Below are positions 48,751 through 64,000 of a DNA stretch of 64,000 nucleotides, in pieces. Source of the DNA: the human T2T-CHM13v2.0 reference genome, Homo sapiens; the NCBI RefSeq assembly GCF_009914755.1, contig NC_060925.1; one strand, 5' to 3'. Positions within the stretch are counted from its first letter, which is position 1. The number at the start of each line of letters is the position of its first letter. The position numbers and the translations under genes are program-made. The notes below the pieces were generated by a model, which was not told the DNA's origin, searched no databases, and saw nothing but the letters and a program-made list of their open reading frames with translations.

Positions 48751-51119
48751 TCATTTCCCACAGCAGTGGTCAGCAGCCTCTTAAGAAGAAAGAAACTAAG
48801 GAGGATCAAAGATAAAGGATAGCATAACAAATAGAAGAGGTTGACAGACAGCATTTTTAAGATTGGGGGAGTGTAGAAAAACATTTCCCACATGTAAAAC
48901 TATAAAACGACTTTCTGCATATTAAGCCTTGTACAAATAGTTTTGTGACAGCAGTGACTGATGGAAAACACATTAACATGGAGAACAAGCAGCAAGTTAA
49001 TCTGAATTTTAAAGAGGCTTTTTTTCTGACAGATCAGAATCATCTTATAAATTTTTAAGAAATGTGAATAGTGTCTGACATGAATGATTAAAGGGGAACT
49101 ATTTAGTATTGCAAAATGAATTAAATCTCTAAAATGTCTCCGCGCAATTATGGGTAGAGGCAAAACTGTTAAAACTGGAGTGATAAATTGGGAAATTGTC
49201 ACTTCCAAAAAGAAAAGGAAAAATCTGAAAGTTATCCTTCTGCAAACGAAATGCTCTTAATGGGGATGGGCCCAGAAGGCAGGGGTCTAAGCCTTAAGGG
49301 TAGGCATTGATAGGATGTGCAGCCCGAGCCTCCTAACAGGCACTGTGGTCTGGCAGAGGGAAGGCAACAGCATCGTGACTGGTACCATGGCTTCCTCTTT
49401 CTCTTTCTCCTCCCCTGACTCCAGCTGTGCTCTTCCTTCTAGACATGCAATTTCTGTTGAGCACATTCACCGCTTCTCACAGGTGTGATGGCTCCATCAT
49501 CATACATTTAATAGTTTTCCAAAATCAATACCTCTTCAACATAGTGCTTTTGAAGTCATAGTTCTCCACTGAAAAGTACTCATGATGGTCCGTACTTGAT
49601 AATAACTTCACCCACCAGGGAACATATTATAAAGTGGGCTTGAGAGCATGGTTATAACACACGGTGTCCATTTTCTTCATCTGCAGCTAATTCTATGGTG
49701 GAAATACTGCTGACACCAAGAACTTCATTCTGTAATTTAGAATAGAAAAAAAATCCCGACTATCCGTATTTCTTAGGAAAGCATTTTAGGAAGGAACATA
49801 GGGTTTATTCACAGTTCTGAACTCATTGTGAGGGGCAAAAATTACAGATATTTGTTAATGTCATAATTTTTCTTTCCTCAAATGGTTATTCTTCATGGAC
49901 GTGAATTTACTCAAATATTTGATGGAAAAGGAAATTGCGGTATTTCAGGCTGACAGTTTGAAGGAGTCTGGGAACTGGAGGGTTTGAATTCAACTCTAGT
50001 GAAATAAATGCCATGGTGGTTGATTGGGAGAGTGTTTAAAACCTTCTCACACTGATTACCTCTTGTTGTCCTCTCCCAGATACCTCTCTGAAGATAGAGC
50101 TTGTCCAATTTTGGATGGATGGTTTAACAAATTATCAACTAGCTACATAGTAGGAAGCCATTCAAAAGGAAGATGCAGATAAGCAGTTTTCACGCCTTTT
50201 TAAACCAGCTAAAAATCTTCTGCAGAACCCAAAATCACAGAGGAAAGTAAAGAGAACGGCTTTGCTGTAATCCAAGAGGGGGACCTGAAACGCTGTCCAT
50301 GTGTTCTCTTGGGTGTGGGCCAGACACTTCCATATCCCAAGTTCTCTGGAGCACAGTTTAAAAACCATATTATATGTCAACATGTAATCAATGGTTTTCT
50401 GTAGATGATGAAATTAATCTTTCTTTCATTTTTTTCTCTCTGTATTTTTTTAAATTTCCACAAAAATGTATTTTTATAAATAGCAGAAAATAACAATTGT
50501 TTTCAAGTGACATATATAAGGAAGCCGAAAAAAGTATAGAACTCAGCTTTCTGACTCTTACTGGGGAACAAATAAGTGACAAAATAAAGTGATCCATTTT
50601 GGGTTATGTGAGAACAGAGGATTGTAGGAGAGAGATATTTGGTCTTTCCTAATTCAAAGGCTCATGTTTACTTTTCCTTCACCTGGAGATAGCAGGGATT
50701 AACAGATGTTTATTTTAACTCTGCCCTAGACACCCTGCAATAGCTCCCAGCAGATACAGTGGCCAAATCTGCTCTCCCACTGTTTAAGATTGAAGAACAA
50801 GACTGACTTCATTTTGGGAACTCGGGGGGCTCTTGTTACTTAACCTAATGGGCACTGAGGGTGGTCACTTTTGAGAGAATGATGTAAATTACCTGCAGCA
50901 TTTCTACCTGAAACCTGTTCCACCCTTTCTTTTTCTAACATGCCATCATCTCCTTTTAAACTCTGAATCTCTGCCAGCTCCTTTGTTCAAGTGCTTCTTA
51001 TTCCAGTGCTGTTTCCTAGGCTGGCTTTCCAGTCTTCCTGATTTCCCAGCAGGCTACAGCCAGACCACATCTATCATTTGATGGAGTTTACACTGACAGT
51101 GAGTTCAAAGTCAGTGTAA

Positions 51120-51452
<333 letters not shown>

Positions 51453-52809
51453 CTACTAGTTATAAAAGTACCTGCTTTGGAGTCAAGCAGTCAGACAAAA
51501 ATCCCTGCTCTGCCATTTCTATGCTGCATGACTTGTGCCAAATTACTTAATCTCTCTAAGACTCAAGTTTTTCATTTAAAAAATAAAAATAATAAATAAA
51601 ACCTGCCTCACAGCATTGTGTCACAGGCTTGCTGTGAGAATTAAATGAAATCATTTATGTAGAACACTTGTCACAACTTGTGGCATATTTTTTAAGAATT
51701 CAAATGATAGCTATTAATTATTATTATTATTATATGCTTAATATTTCTATTCTAGATTCTGGAACAAGTGAGGTGATGATGGTGGGGAGGAAAAGATCAT
51801 GGACTTGTCCAGGAGACCTCAGTTCTACTTGCTCAACCTCTGTGCTGTGAAGTGAAGCTACTGTACTAGGTGAGGATCTCACCAGACAGGGTCGCAGTAA
51901 GACACAGATGGTGAACTTAATGGGTGAATTAAAAGGAGTGTAATCAAGAGATTATGTACAGAGGTGTGGACAGGGTTAAGGGAGACCATGAAGCATCCAG
52001 GGATTCACATCAGCAAGGAGCCATTGCCACCCTTGATCCCCACCTGAAAGGAACAAGGGTAGGGAATGGTGTTACTAGAAGCTGGTGAGAGTTGGAGCCC
52101 TGGAAGAGAGCCAGCCCACAAGAGCTGTAGTTATGGAGGAATTCAGGCACTACAAAAATCCTAGCCCAGCAGGCAAAAGCAAAGGAATATATTCCAGATT
52201 TGTCTCTCCTCTGACCACTAATCACTGCTGGTATCTCGCTAGTTAAATCCATCAGAAAACCATAGTATGTGGAAGTCAGCGTGCTGCACAGGGCAGGGCA
52301 GAGAAGGGAGGGAGAGTAGGCACAGAGAGTAACCAGCCTGGCAGATTTATGATTCTGAAAGTCTCAGAGAGTCTGCTACACTGGCCTGGTCATCCTGGCC
52401 TGGAGGAATGTGTTAAATAGGTGCAATGGCTCAGCAATAGATGCCCTAACTCCTCCCAGGAAAAGTGAGAACCCAAATTGCTGATCTTAGGTTGGGAAAT
52501 GGAGAGCTCAGATATACCTTGGGATGTGAACTATGGCTCTAAGAATGATCTGAGAGGCAGCTTCAAAAAAGCAAAACCTAAATTACAAACCAGGCAGATG
52601 ATCCAAAAGAGGTGTCAGGCTGAAGGAGCTGCGTAGAGATAGAATTCTGGGAAAAGGATAATGCAGAACCCTCAAGTAACTAGTGATTGATGATGACGTT
52701 TGGAATACAAGTATGGGGCTGGGACTGGGGACTTTCTGAGACACTAAAGTGCATTCGTCAGAGCTCTTCCAGGGCCTCTGTGGTTCAGGAATAGAATGGT
52801 ATGCAATTC

Positions 52810-53790
52810 ATTTGCTCATTAATTAATTACTTAATTCAACAAGTATGTAATTTTTTAAATTGAGATGGGGGTTGGGGTCTCACTATGTTGCCCAGGCTGG
52901 ACTTGAACTCCTAGGCTCCAAGCAATCCTCCCACCTCAGCGTCCTGAGAAGCTGGGATTTTTAAGTGTGTACCACCATGCCTGGCTCCAACAAGCATGTA
53001 CTGAATTATCTTGTCTGTGCTAGGCAGGGGGCCAGGTGCTAAGGCTAGAACAATCAAAAAAACACAAACCCTGTCCTGAAGGAGCTCAACTAGATGATTC
53101 CTCAAATAGGGTCAACAGCCAATCACAACACAGTATGTATGATGAGTGGTCCTGAGGGATCACAGAAGAGGGACACAACACTAGTCTGGGTGGGTAAGGA
53201 GAGCTTCTCAAGGAAGGGACCTCTATACTGACCCTGAATGCTGAATTAGCCAGAGAGGACAGGGTCAGAGAGGGAGGTGGGAACAGCTGGAGGAAGCTCC
53301 CATGTATTTAGGGGACTGCTAACAGTTCAGTAAAGTTAAGTGGGAAGTGATGAAAGTTGAGGCTGGAGGGGTAGGCAGAGGCAGATCCTAATAAGCATTC
53401 TTTGTCAGGGTGAAGACACTGAAGTCAAAGGACAGGGGAGTGACATGATCAGATTTGAATTTTAGAAAAATCATTCTGGTTCCGGTGTGAAGGGCAGAGA
53501 AAGGAAGGCTGGGCACAAAAGACAGGGAGACCAGTAAAAAAGATGTTTCAACTACCTGAGAGAGAAACCATGATGTTTAGGTGTGCCTGAACCAGGTAGC
53601 ACCAGTGGACATGAGTGAACAGACTCAGACACATTTAGTGGAAGAACTGGCCAGGCTAGGTGACTGTCAGGATATCAGGATGAGAAAGAGGGAGAACTCT
53701 AGTTTGGTCACTGGGTTGCTGCTAATGCCAGTCACTGAGAGTCAAGCCACAGATGAATGAGGCACAGCTGGGTAGAGGGCAATGTGGGGA
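52810..53790 (-). mobile_element. L2 relic containing an antisense FLAM (52855-52987)
   Basis: attcattt...ttcaacaagtatg L2 3' end; gacatgatcagatttgaattttagaaaaatcattctgg L2 motif. Confidence 0.65.
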
Positions 53791-53876
53791 CAGTTTGATA
53801 AAGATGTATCTCTCTTTTTAGTGAGTCAGCATGCTTTATATGACTGAGAATAAATCATTAAACAGATTACACTTCA

Positions 53877-54250
53877 TGCTATATTCTGAAAGTTTGTATT
53901 ACCCCAAAATTCATATGTTGAAATGTAATCCCCCATGCAAAAATGACTGACATTATTAAGAGGTGGGATCTTTAGGAGGAGTTTAGATCATGAGAGTGGA
54001 GTCTTCATGAATGGGATTAGTGCCCTTATAAAAAGAGGCCCAAGGGAGCTTGCTGGCCCCTTCCACCATGTAAGAATACAATGAGAAGGTGCCATCGATA
54101 AAGAGGTGGGCCCTCATCAGACACCAAATCTGCTAGAGCCTTGATTTTGGACTTCCCAGCCTCCAGAACTGTGAGAAATAAACTTCTGTTGTTTATAAGC
54201 CACCTAGTTTATAGTATTTTTGTCATAGTAGCCCAAACATACTAAGATAC
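53877..54250 (+). mobile_element. MLT1A/B-type LTR
   Basis: ccccaaaattcatatgttgaa...ccagcctccagaactgtgagaaataaac...actaagata. Confidence 0.82.
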
Positions 54251-54755
54251 TTCATAAATGTGTTAATGGTATTGCTGGGCTGGGGTCAGGCAAGTGTCCC
54301 CATCCTATAAGATTGGGAAACACTGAATTAAATGAAGCTAAACAGTTTTTGTTATCTCAGAACTTCTCAGAGTCATTAATAGCCTAGGGCCTTTGATGTC
54401 CTAAACAGGATATCACTTGCTGTATTTATCAAATCTATTTTAGCCCCATCCCCCCACACCACCACACAACACCTATTTATATCCCTTGTAAATGTATTTC
54501 TCAGAATGGTGTTACTTAAAGTGTAGCCCAAAGACCAGCTTCAGTGTGCAAACTATTATAGTCTATGACAAGGTAAGTACAGAAATTGAGACTGTTTAGA
54601 AAATTTTAATAGCAATTTTGTGTCTTTGAATCTAATAAAAAATCTAGGTTTGTATGTTGTGTCTGCTTTTTCATCTTATCTTTCTAATGAGTTATTTCTT
54701 TGCTAACTGACATTTTTGTAAAATACAAAGGATTGAAAGTTAAAAGCAATAACGA

Positions 54756-54757
<2 letters not shown>

Positions 54758-54797
<40 letters not shown>
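54758..54797 (+). repeat. (CA)n microsatellite
   Basis: About 20 CA units followed by an A run. Confidence 0.95.
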
Positions 54798-54802
<5 letters not shown>

Positions 54803-54872
54803 AAAAACCAAAGCTCATCCTTTACCACTGGTAGTTTGAGTGTCTCAGAAGACCCTATGGAAACATGCTAGC

Positions 54873-55300
54873 TCAGTAGCTCTCAAACTTGGCTACCTGT
54901 TTTCATATCCTGAGGAACTTATACAGATCCTGGGTTCCACCCCTGGAGAGTATGACGTAATTCATCTGGGAAGCAGCCTGGCACTGGGATTTGGAAAGAT
55001 CCCTAGACGATTCTAATGTGTACCCAGGTTGAGAATCAGTGTGGCTCAAGGGAAAGCTCAGGTTCCAGGGTATTCTTGGTTGTACTCTCACACACCTGGA
55101 CAAGGATCAAGGGGGAGTTGGGAGGTGTGGGGTGGGCCCTGGCTGCACAGAGGAATCATCAGGACTCTTTAAAATGGACTTAGGCCTGGGCCCCTCCTAA
55201 ACCAATGAGATCAGAATCTTTGCTCATAGTTTCTGGGCACTGGTATTTTAAAGAAATGATTCTAGATCATTCCTAAGGCAGTCAGGGTTGAGAACGATTG
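54873..55300. mobile_element. MER5-type hAT MITE relics (two)
   Basis: cagtagctctcaaacttggct...ccaggttgagaatcagtg and ...cagggttgagaacgattg termini. Confidence 0.6.
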
Positions 55301-55388
55301 GATTAGGAAGTCTAGTTGCAGATGGGACAGTGTGAAAGAAATCACAATAAAAATGGAGTCACTAATTTTTTTAAAAAAAACCTTGACA

Positions 55389-55805
<417 letters not shown>

Positions 55806-56145
55806 CTAATGTGTCCTCTGAAAGAGTCTAGCTGTTTATTTCCATCAGTCACTGAAACGGACGCCTTTTACTTGGGGAAAGCACAAATGCATTAGGACTT
55901 TGTGTCTAAGAGAGAAAAAGAGAGAGGAAAGGGGAAACACATGTAGTGTAAAGACTGGCTCTGACATTTGCTGGTAGAAGTTGGGGGCAAATGATTACAG
56001 CTATTTAACAAAAATTTGTAGGAGAGTGATGGGACAGGCCTGGAAGCAACTGAATATGCCCATTTTGTTGCCACGCTGCTAAGTATGATAACAGTGATTT
56101 CTCACAACGAAACTCTGGAACATACCATTGTCTTGCCTATGTGAC

Positions 56146-56508
56146 TGTTATGGTCTGAATGCTTGTGACCTCCCCAAATTTGTATGTTGAAACCTAGTCC
56201 CCAGTGTGGTAGTATTAAGAGGTGGGGTATGTGGGAGGTGATTAGGTCATGAGGGCGAGTCCTCACCAGTGGGATTGGTGCCTTGTGAAAGAGGCCTGAG
56301 GGAGCTTGTGTGTCCTTCCTGCCATGTAAGGACACAACTATTAATAGAAAGCACAAACTGTGGAGCAGAGAAACCTCACCAGACAGCATATCTGCTAGAA
56401 ACTTGATTGTGGACTTAGCCTCTAGAACTGTAAGCAATACATTTTACTGTTTATAAACGGCTCAGTCTAGGGCATCTTTTGTTATAGCAACATGAGTGGA
56501 CTAAGACA
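56146..56508 (+). mobile_element. MLT1A-type LTR
   Basis: tgttatggtctgaatgcttg...ggactaagaca. Confidence 0.82.
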
Positions 56509-57053
56509 TTAGCCAACATCAATTTTACCAAATGCTACAGGACAGTAATATTTGAAATTGTCTTGAAATACAGCTTGGTATTGAAATTCTTAGTTCAAAA
56601 AAATCTATTTTAAACAATATGAAACTCCAAAACCAAAGAAATATTTAATAACAACAAAAGCTCAGTAAGTAAGATCTCTTTACCCCAGGGCACTCAGCCT
56701 TAGAGAACATAAAAAGGTGTCATAGTTTGGTTTCTAGTCTGGAAAGCTCACACACTATTTGGACTATGTAAATACTAGTAATTGTTTATGTCTGTTGTGT
56801 TATAAACTGTTCAATAGTTGTAATTTTGCTATTGCTGTTTTACACAACCTAATCATTTATCCAAAACCTCAAGTACTTACAATGTGCTAGGCGTAAAGAG
56901 CAATTGTGTTAGGCCCTGGGTTTCAATCCATAAATGAGCAAAGCAGGCATGGTTGTTACCTTCATGGAGTTTTTCTTTTAGTGGAGAAAATAACCATCAA
57001 ACAAAGAATTTATTACGATAGTGGTAAGAGGTCCATTAAAAATATACGTGACT

Positions 57054-57896
<843 letters not shown>

Positions 57897-58083
57897 TTAG
57901 AAAAAAACTATTGCCTCCCTTTCTCCTTCTCCCTCCCTCTCTCCCTTCCTCCCTTCCTTCATTCCTCAAAAAGCCATTAGGTAGGCCCAAACAAGGCAGG
58001 CAGAGTGGAGGAGACAGGCCTGAGCCGGGATAGCCTATATAAGAAGGAACAGCAGTCCAGCAGGGCCAAAGAGATCAGCTAGA

Positions 58084-58414
<331 letters not shown>

Positions 58415-58419
58415 CTACA

Positions 58420-60220
58420 CACAGGAAGATTGGACACATACGTAAATATATCAAAGGTTAATCTAAACCAGATTTCTCACAAGGGAAGCATAAATATGGA
58501 AAGAAGAAAACTTGAACAAACCCTTGGGTGTTGAATTGAAATTGGAGGTATTGAAGTTCTTGGTTTTCAATATGTACAAATAGAGAAATAGAGATGTAAA
58601 TGTGTGTGCATATACATGCATGTATTTTCCAGCTCTGTCAACTGAAAGGAACTGGGAGCAATGAGTACACCTACTACCCAGATGTTGGTTTGCAAACCCC
58701 TCTCTCCACCAAAAGGAACCAGGCCTCCTTGGAGAAATGGCTGATTCCAGGATTGGGGCAGGGAAATTACAAGATGAGTCTAGACTATCTATCTTTTTAT
58801 GGCCAAAAATAAGGAGGTGTTCAAGCAAGATGAGGACATGTTAAAAGGACACAAAAGGCAGCTTGAAGGGGCTCCCACTGGTCAAATCTGCAACAATTCA
58901 TACATCAAAAAATGCCAGTAGTAATAAAGCATAATCTATTGAACTAAATAAGAAACCCATGAGTCCACATTGGTATAAATAAATGAATTATTCCATAAAG
59001 GGGGAGGAGAGAAACTTCCTTTGTGTATTAGAAAGCCTACTAATAAATGTAAAAGGAGTTATAGAGTTAGAAAATCACCATTTGGCATCAGTAATAATTA
59101 TAGCAACAATTAGGCAGGAAGCATCAAAGGATGCTAAAACTTACGTGTGAAAGTGGGGTAAGTAACAGGAATTTCCACAGTCTCAAAGTTGCTGAGGAGC
59201 AGAATCATAGCCCCTCAAAGATGTCTCCATTCAAATCCCCAGAACCTGTGAACAGGACAAGAGAGACTTTGCAGGTGTGAGTAAATTAATGATCTGGAGA
59301 TGGGGAAGTTGTTCAGGTGGGTCTGATGTAATCACAGGGGTCCTTGTGAGTGAAAGACAGTAGCAACAGAATCAGAGAAGGAGATGAGATGATGAAAACA
59401 GGAGTCAGAGTCTGAGAAAGATTTGAAGATGCAACACTGCTGGCTTTGAGGATGGAGGAAGGGGCCAAGGAATAGAAGCTGGAGGAAACAAGGAAACAGA
59501 TTCTCTTCTAGAGCCTCCAGAAGGAACGCAGCCCTGCTGACACCTTGCTTGTAGCCCAGTGGGACTCCTTTCAGACTTATGACCTTCAGAACTGTAAGAT
59601 TATTAAAATTGTGTTGTTTTAAGTCACTAAGTTTGTGGTAATTTGTTGCAAAAACAATAGGAGACTAACACCATTACAAAAGAAAAAAAGTAAGTTTACA
59701 GTGGAGAAATCTTGACAGATACTATCTTAGTGAAAGTAACCAAAATTAACACCATCAGAAACAGTCCAATAAGGGTGTACTACCAGATAAGATAGTACAA
59801 TCTTATTGTATGCAATGAAAAGACACAGCATCTGTTATATTTTAACCAAAAAATGCGTAATGAAAAGACACAGCATCTGTTATATTTTAACCAAAAAATG
59901 CCTAAACTGAGGCATAAGACAACATCAGACAAGCCCAAATTGAGAGACATTTTACAAAATGCCTGGCATGTAACTTTTTAAAATGTCAAAGTTATGAAGG
60001 TCAAGGATAGGGTGGCAATTTACAGATTGAAAGATACTAAAAACAAACAAAAAAAATGACAACTGGAGCAATGTATGACCCTGGACTGATTCTTTGCTAC
60101 AAAGGAGCTGCTGAGGCAACTGAAAAAATTTAAATTGATACTGGGAGACGGATCAAGGGGAATTCTTTGTACTATTCTTATAATTTTTCTGTGTAGAACT
60201 GTTTCCAAAAAAAAATTTTA
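58420..60220 (+). mobile_element. Old L1MC-type 3' region interrupted by an MLT1D-like LTR (~59190-59670)
   Basis: gaaatggctgattccagg...ggcagggaaattacaagatgag and acatcagacaagcccaaattgag motifs; MLT1 ctagagcctccagaaggaacgcagccctgctgacacc. Confidence 0.65.
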
Positions 60221-60504
60221 AGTGGATGATTGTCATGGTAATACGAGTCTTGCGCAAGCCTAATGGATAAAGGATGTCAGAGGATTGGTGGGAGATGGGC
60301 AGGGAGTATGAAACGTGAGGCTGGACAAGATAGCACATTTGTAGGATGGAGATAATGGCCTGAGAGTGTTTCTGATTTGACCGGTGAGGCCCTTGTTCCT
60401 GAATGGAAATTAGGCTGGAGCCAGCTTTGCCTGAGTCCCTGCGCAGTCAGAGCCTCATTTAGAAACTTGGAAAACATCAACGTGATGATTATTTTAACTT
60501 AATA

Positions 60505-60523
60505 TGGCCAGCAGATGGCAGCA
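60505..60523 (+). promoter_or_regulatory. Candidate CTCF site
   Basis: tggccagcagatggcagca fits the CTCF core CCASYAGRKGGCRS at every position, in non-repeat DNA. Confidence 0.6.
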
Positions 60524-60910
60524 GGCAACTCAGGGAAAGAACAAGAGCGAGAGACCTGGAGATGGGAGGCCCTTGGTTGCTGCTTCAGCTCAGCCAGGAG
60601 AGAGCAAAGGCCGGCTGGCTCATTGAGTTGTTGGCCATCTTTGAATTAAAGGGTTCCTGCCAGGCAACAGAACCTCTGACGGCCCAACCTCACCCCCTGG
60701 ACATCATGGCGGAAAGAGGAGGACTGAGAGAAATGTCTTCATTGTGTTTTAAAGAAAGAAACGCTTACTTTTTCCTAGTAATATAAAAAAGAAAAAGATA
60801 AGACATCATTTAATGGAACCTGAATTAGATGCGTCGAGAGACCCAAACATTAAGAACAGAAAGCTGGATTCACGAGTCATGGGGCCCAAAATGGCATCAA
60901 GTATTTCTGA

Positions 60911-61286
<376 letters not shown>

Positions 61287-61772
61287 TCAGATGAGTCAAT
61301 ATATGCAGAGTTTTTTATAATTTTTTTTTTGAAACAGGGTCTCACTCTGTCATCCAGGCTTTAGAGAGTTTAGAATAGTGACTGGCATGTGGTCAGTACT
61401 TAATAAAAATTACCTGCAATTATTATTATTTACTGAACACTTACTGTGGCCCAGGCATTCAGTTAAGTGTTTTATGTATGTTATATTATTTATTCCTTAC
61501 AACAGTCTTTTACTATATATTTTATTAACTCAATTTAAAAATTTCAGACTCAGAAAATTTAAATAATTTACACATGTACCGAATGCCTATTAGGGACACT
61601 GTGCATTCAGTAGGAATAAGGACAGACATGGTCCCTGTCCTCCTGTAACAACCATCTGTCTAGTTGAGGGTCATATAGCTAGCCAGAGTACAGTCAGAAT
61701 TTGAACCCCGGTCTCTCTAATTCAAAAGCCTTGCTCCTCTTTGGCTGCCTTCCATAATAAAAAGAGTGAATT

Positions 61773-62059
61773 GGCCGGGCGCAGTGGCTCACGCCTGTAA
61801 TCCCAGCACTTTGGGAGGCCGAGGTGGGCAGATAACGAGGTCAGAAGATTGAGACCATCCTGGCCAACATGGTGAAACCCTGTCTCCACTAAAAATACAA
61901 AAATTAGCTGAGCATGGTGGCGTGTGCCTCTAATCTCAGTTACTCAGGAGGCTGAGGCAGGAGAATCACTTGAACCAAGGAGTTGGAGGTTGCGGTGAGC
62001 CAAGATTGCGCCATTGCACTCCAGCCTGGCGACAGAGCGAGACTCTGTCTCAAAAAAAA
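61773..62059 (+). mobile_element. AluSc-like SINE
   Basis: Dimer; TSD-like aaa(g)agtgaa. Confidence 0.9.
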
Positions 62060-62425
62060 GTGAACTTTTACGGAATACCCATTGTGTGCCAGGAACTTTA
62101 CATACTATGTAGTTTACATATTCCCCAACCAATGAAATAAGAATTATTGTCACCACCATTATACATATGAGGGGATATTCAGTGACTTGCCCAAAGACCA
62201 TGCCACTAAGGAGCAAGCACAAATACGTTATGTATTTGAAGTCCATGCTCTTTCCATGGCAACACACTCTAGATGCTTCCTAGGGTTAGAAGGGATCTGC
62301 ACCAGCATCATCCTCATTCTGTCCACAAGTTACATCAAAGTCCAACCCAGGCGGGTCATGCAATCAAAAAGATATCTTGGTAGTAAGGATCCTCTGAGAT
62401 CTTCAGATTCAACTCTTTGAGCAAC

Positions 62426-62726
62426 TTTTTTTTTTTTTTTTTTGAGACAGAGCTTTGCTCTTATTGCCCAGACTGGAGTACAATTGTGCAATCTCGGCTC
62501 ACCGCAACCTCCGCCTCCTGGGTTCAAGTGATTCTCCTGCCTCAGCCTCCTGAGTTAGCTAGGATTACAGGCATGTGCCACCTCACCCGGCTAATTTTGT
62601 ATTTTTAATAGAGACGGGGTTTCTCCATGTTGGTCAGGCTGGTCTCGAACTCCCAACCTCAGGTGATCTGCCTGCCTTGGCCTCCCAAACTGCTGGGATT
62701 ACCCACGTGAGCTGCCGCGCCTGTCC
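62426..62726 (-). mobile_element. AluSp-like SINE
   Basis: Antisense dimer; TSD tgagcaac. Confidence 0.9.
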
Positions 62727-64000
62727 TGAGCAACGTATTTTAAAGTAGACACAGAAATCCCTATCAAAACTGGCACAGCAAACAAAGGGAATGTATTGGT
62801 TAAAGTAATAATTGGTTGATTGATGAAATACTCAAGGAATACTTCAGCTTCAGAAATGTCTTCATTAGGAACGAATTTCTCACTCTATCATTGGATGTCT
62901 TTCTTCTGTGCTGGCTCCATTCGCAGTCCATTAGAAAGAGAATTCTCGCAGCTGAGTTCTAACTCAATCTTTGCCACATTCAAACACAAGTCTTGGGTCT
63001 GATTCTCATTGGTCTAAATTGGGTCACCTGCTCATCACTGAACCAATCACTTTGGCCAATTAGGGCCTACCCTTGAAGCTGAAGATTGTCAACCTCTCTC
63101 ACACCTGATGAGATTTAACAGCAGGGAGGGGTTATTCTCCAAATACAATTTGGGGCATCTTTCTACTCAAAGAATGAATGATTGTGGTGGTTGGATGACA
63201 AAAACAGCAGATGTCTCCCACACCTACATTCTAATCAAACTGAACTATTTTGTAGCGTCTGAGGCACATTCTCTACTTTCCTTCTGGCAGGCTGTTGGTC
63301 ACATTCTTCTCTTGATTAGTACACATTGTTCTCTTGGAACACTTGATCTCCCCCTTCCAATATTTCCCAAACAATCCTCTCTGGCCTTCACAATTTAAAT
63401 ACTATCTCCTTATTTCCAATGGATATAATCCCTTCTTTCTCTGAGTATGAACACCTCTCACAGTTCTCTTATCTTCCCATTATATTTTAGTTATTTATAT
63501 AAATATAAATAATCTTAAATTTTGAGTTAGATTCCTTATGTTAATGAAGAAGATGCTTATAATCTACAGAGGAAAGAATTATATTTAGAAATTTTAATCA
63601 ATGGCAAAGATGAATACCTTAGTGAGTTCCTTAAAATCTACATCAGTAGACTCCAAATGAATGAGAATTTACTATAACTAGAGACAGATTACATTTTAAC
63701 AGTAAAATTTATTTTCAGATTAACTGAAGTTAAGCACCACATTTCCATTGCAACCCTTAATGAAATATTTGACACTGGGCGATCTTTAATGCTGTAAGAT
63801 ATCTCAGTGTCTAAAAGTGAATCATTCTGGAAATGGGTATTCCTCCTTGAGTGAGTGCAATAGGTAAATTCCTCAGTTATTTGTCTTTCCCTCATGGGAC
63901 TGTAAAATCCTTCACACATATGCTGGACTTATATCACTACAGCCAAACACAGTGCTTAGAATATTTCAGGCACTCCATAAATGTTTGTTAAATGAAGGAA

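Overview
Primate (very likely human) repeat-dense DNA, intergenic or deep-intronic. I can support no spliced protein-coding gene. Main components: (1) a near full-length ancient L1MB-type LINE (~6663-14512) nested in an older L1MC-type fragment and itself carrying Alus, an MST LTR and a full-length RPL17 processed copy with an open 184-codon frame; (2) a ~1.4 kb AT-only tandem expansion grown from an Alu tail; (3) a two-LTR HERV9/ERV9 (LTR12) provirus on the minus strand (28316-36623, 4-bp TSD ATGT); (4) a full-length L1PA4-like element (40502-47199, 17-bp TSD); (5) about 30 Alus plus MLT/MIR/L2/MER5/MADE1 relics. The most unusual signal is that both large young retroelements carry an internal INVERTED copy of their own 5' promoter region. 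In ERV9, LTR+PBS+leader is flipped into gag. In L1, 5'UTR nt ~190-610 (antisense promoter/ORF0 region) is flipped into ORF2 among several microhomology template switches, upstream of a 623-codon RT-containing ORF. These structures are seen in the sequence; any function is inference. I see no evidence of a new coding system. Subfamily calls are from memory of consensus sequences, and boundaries of old repeats are approximate.
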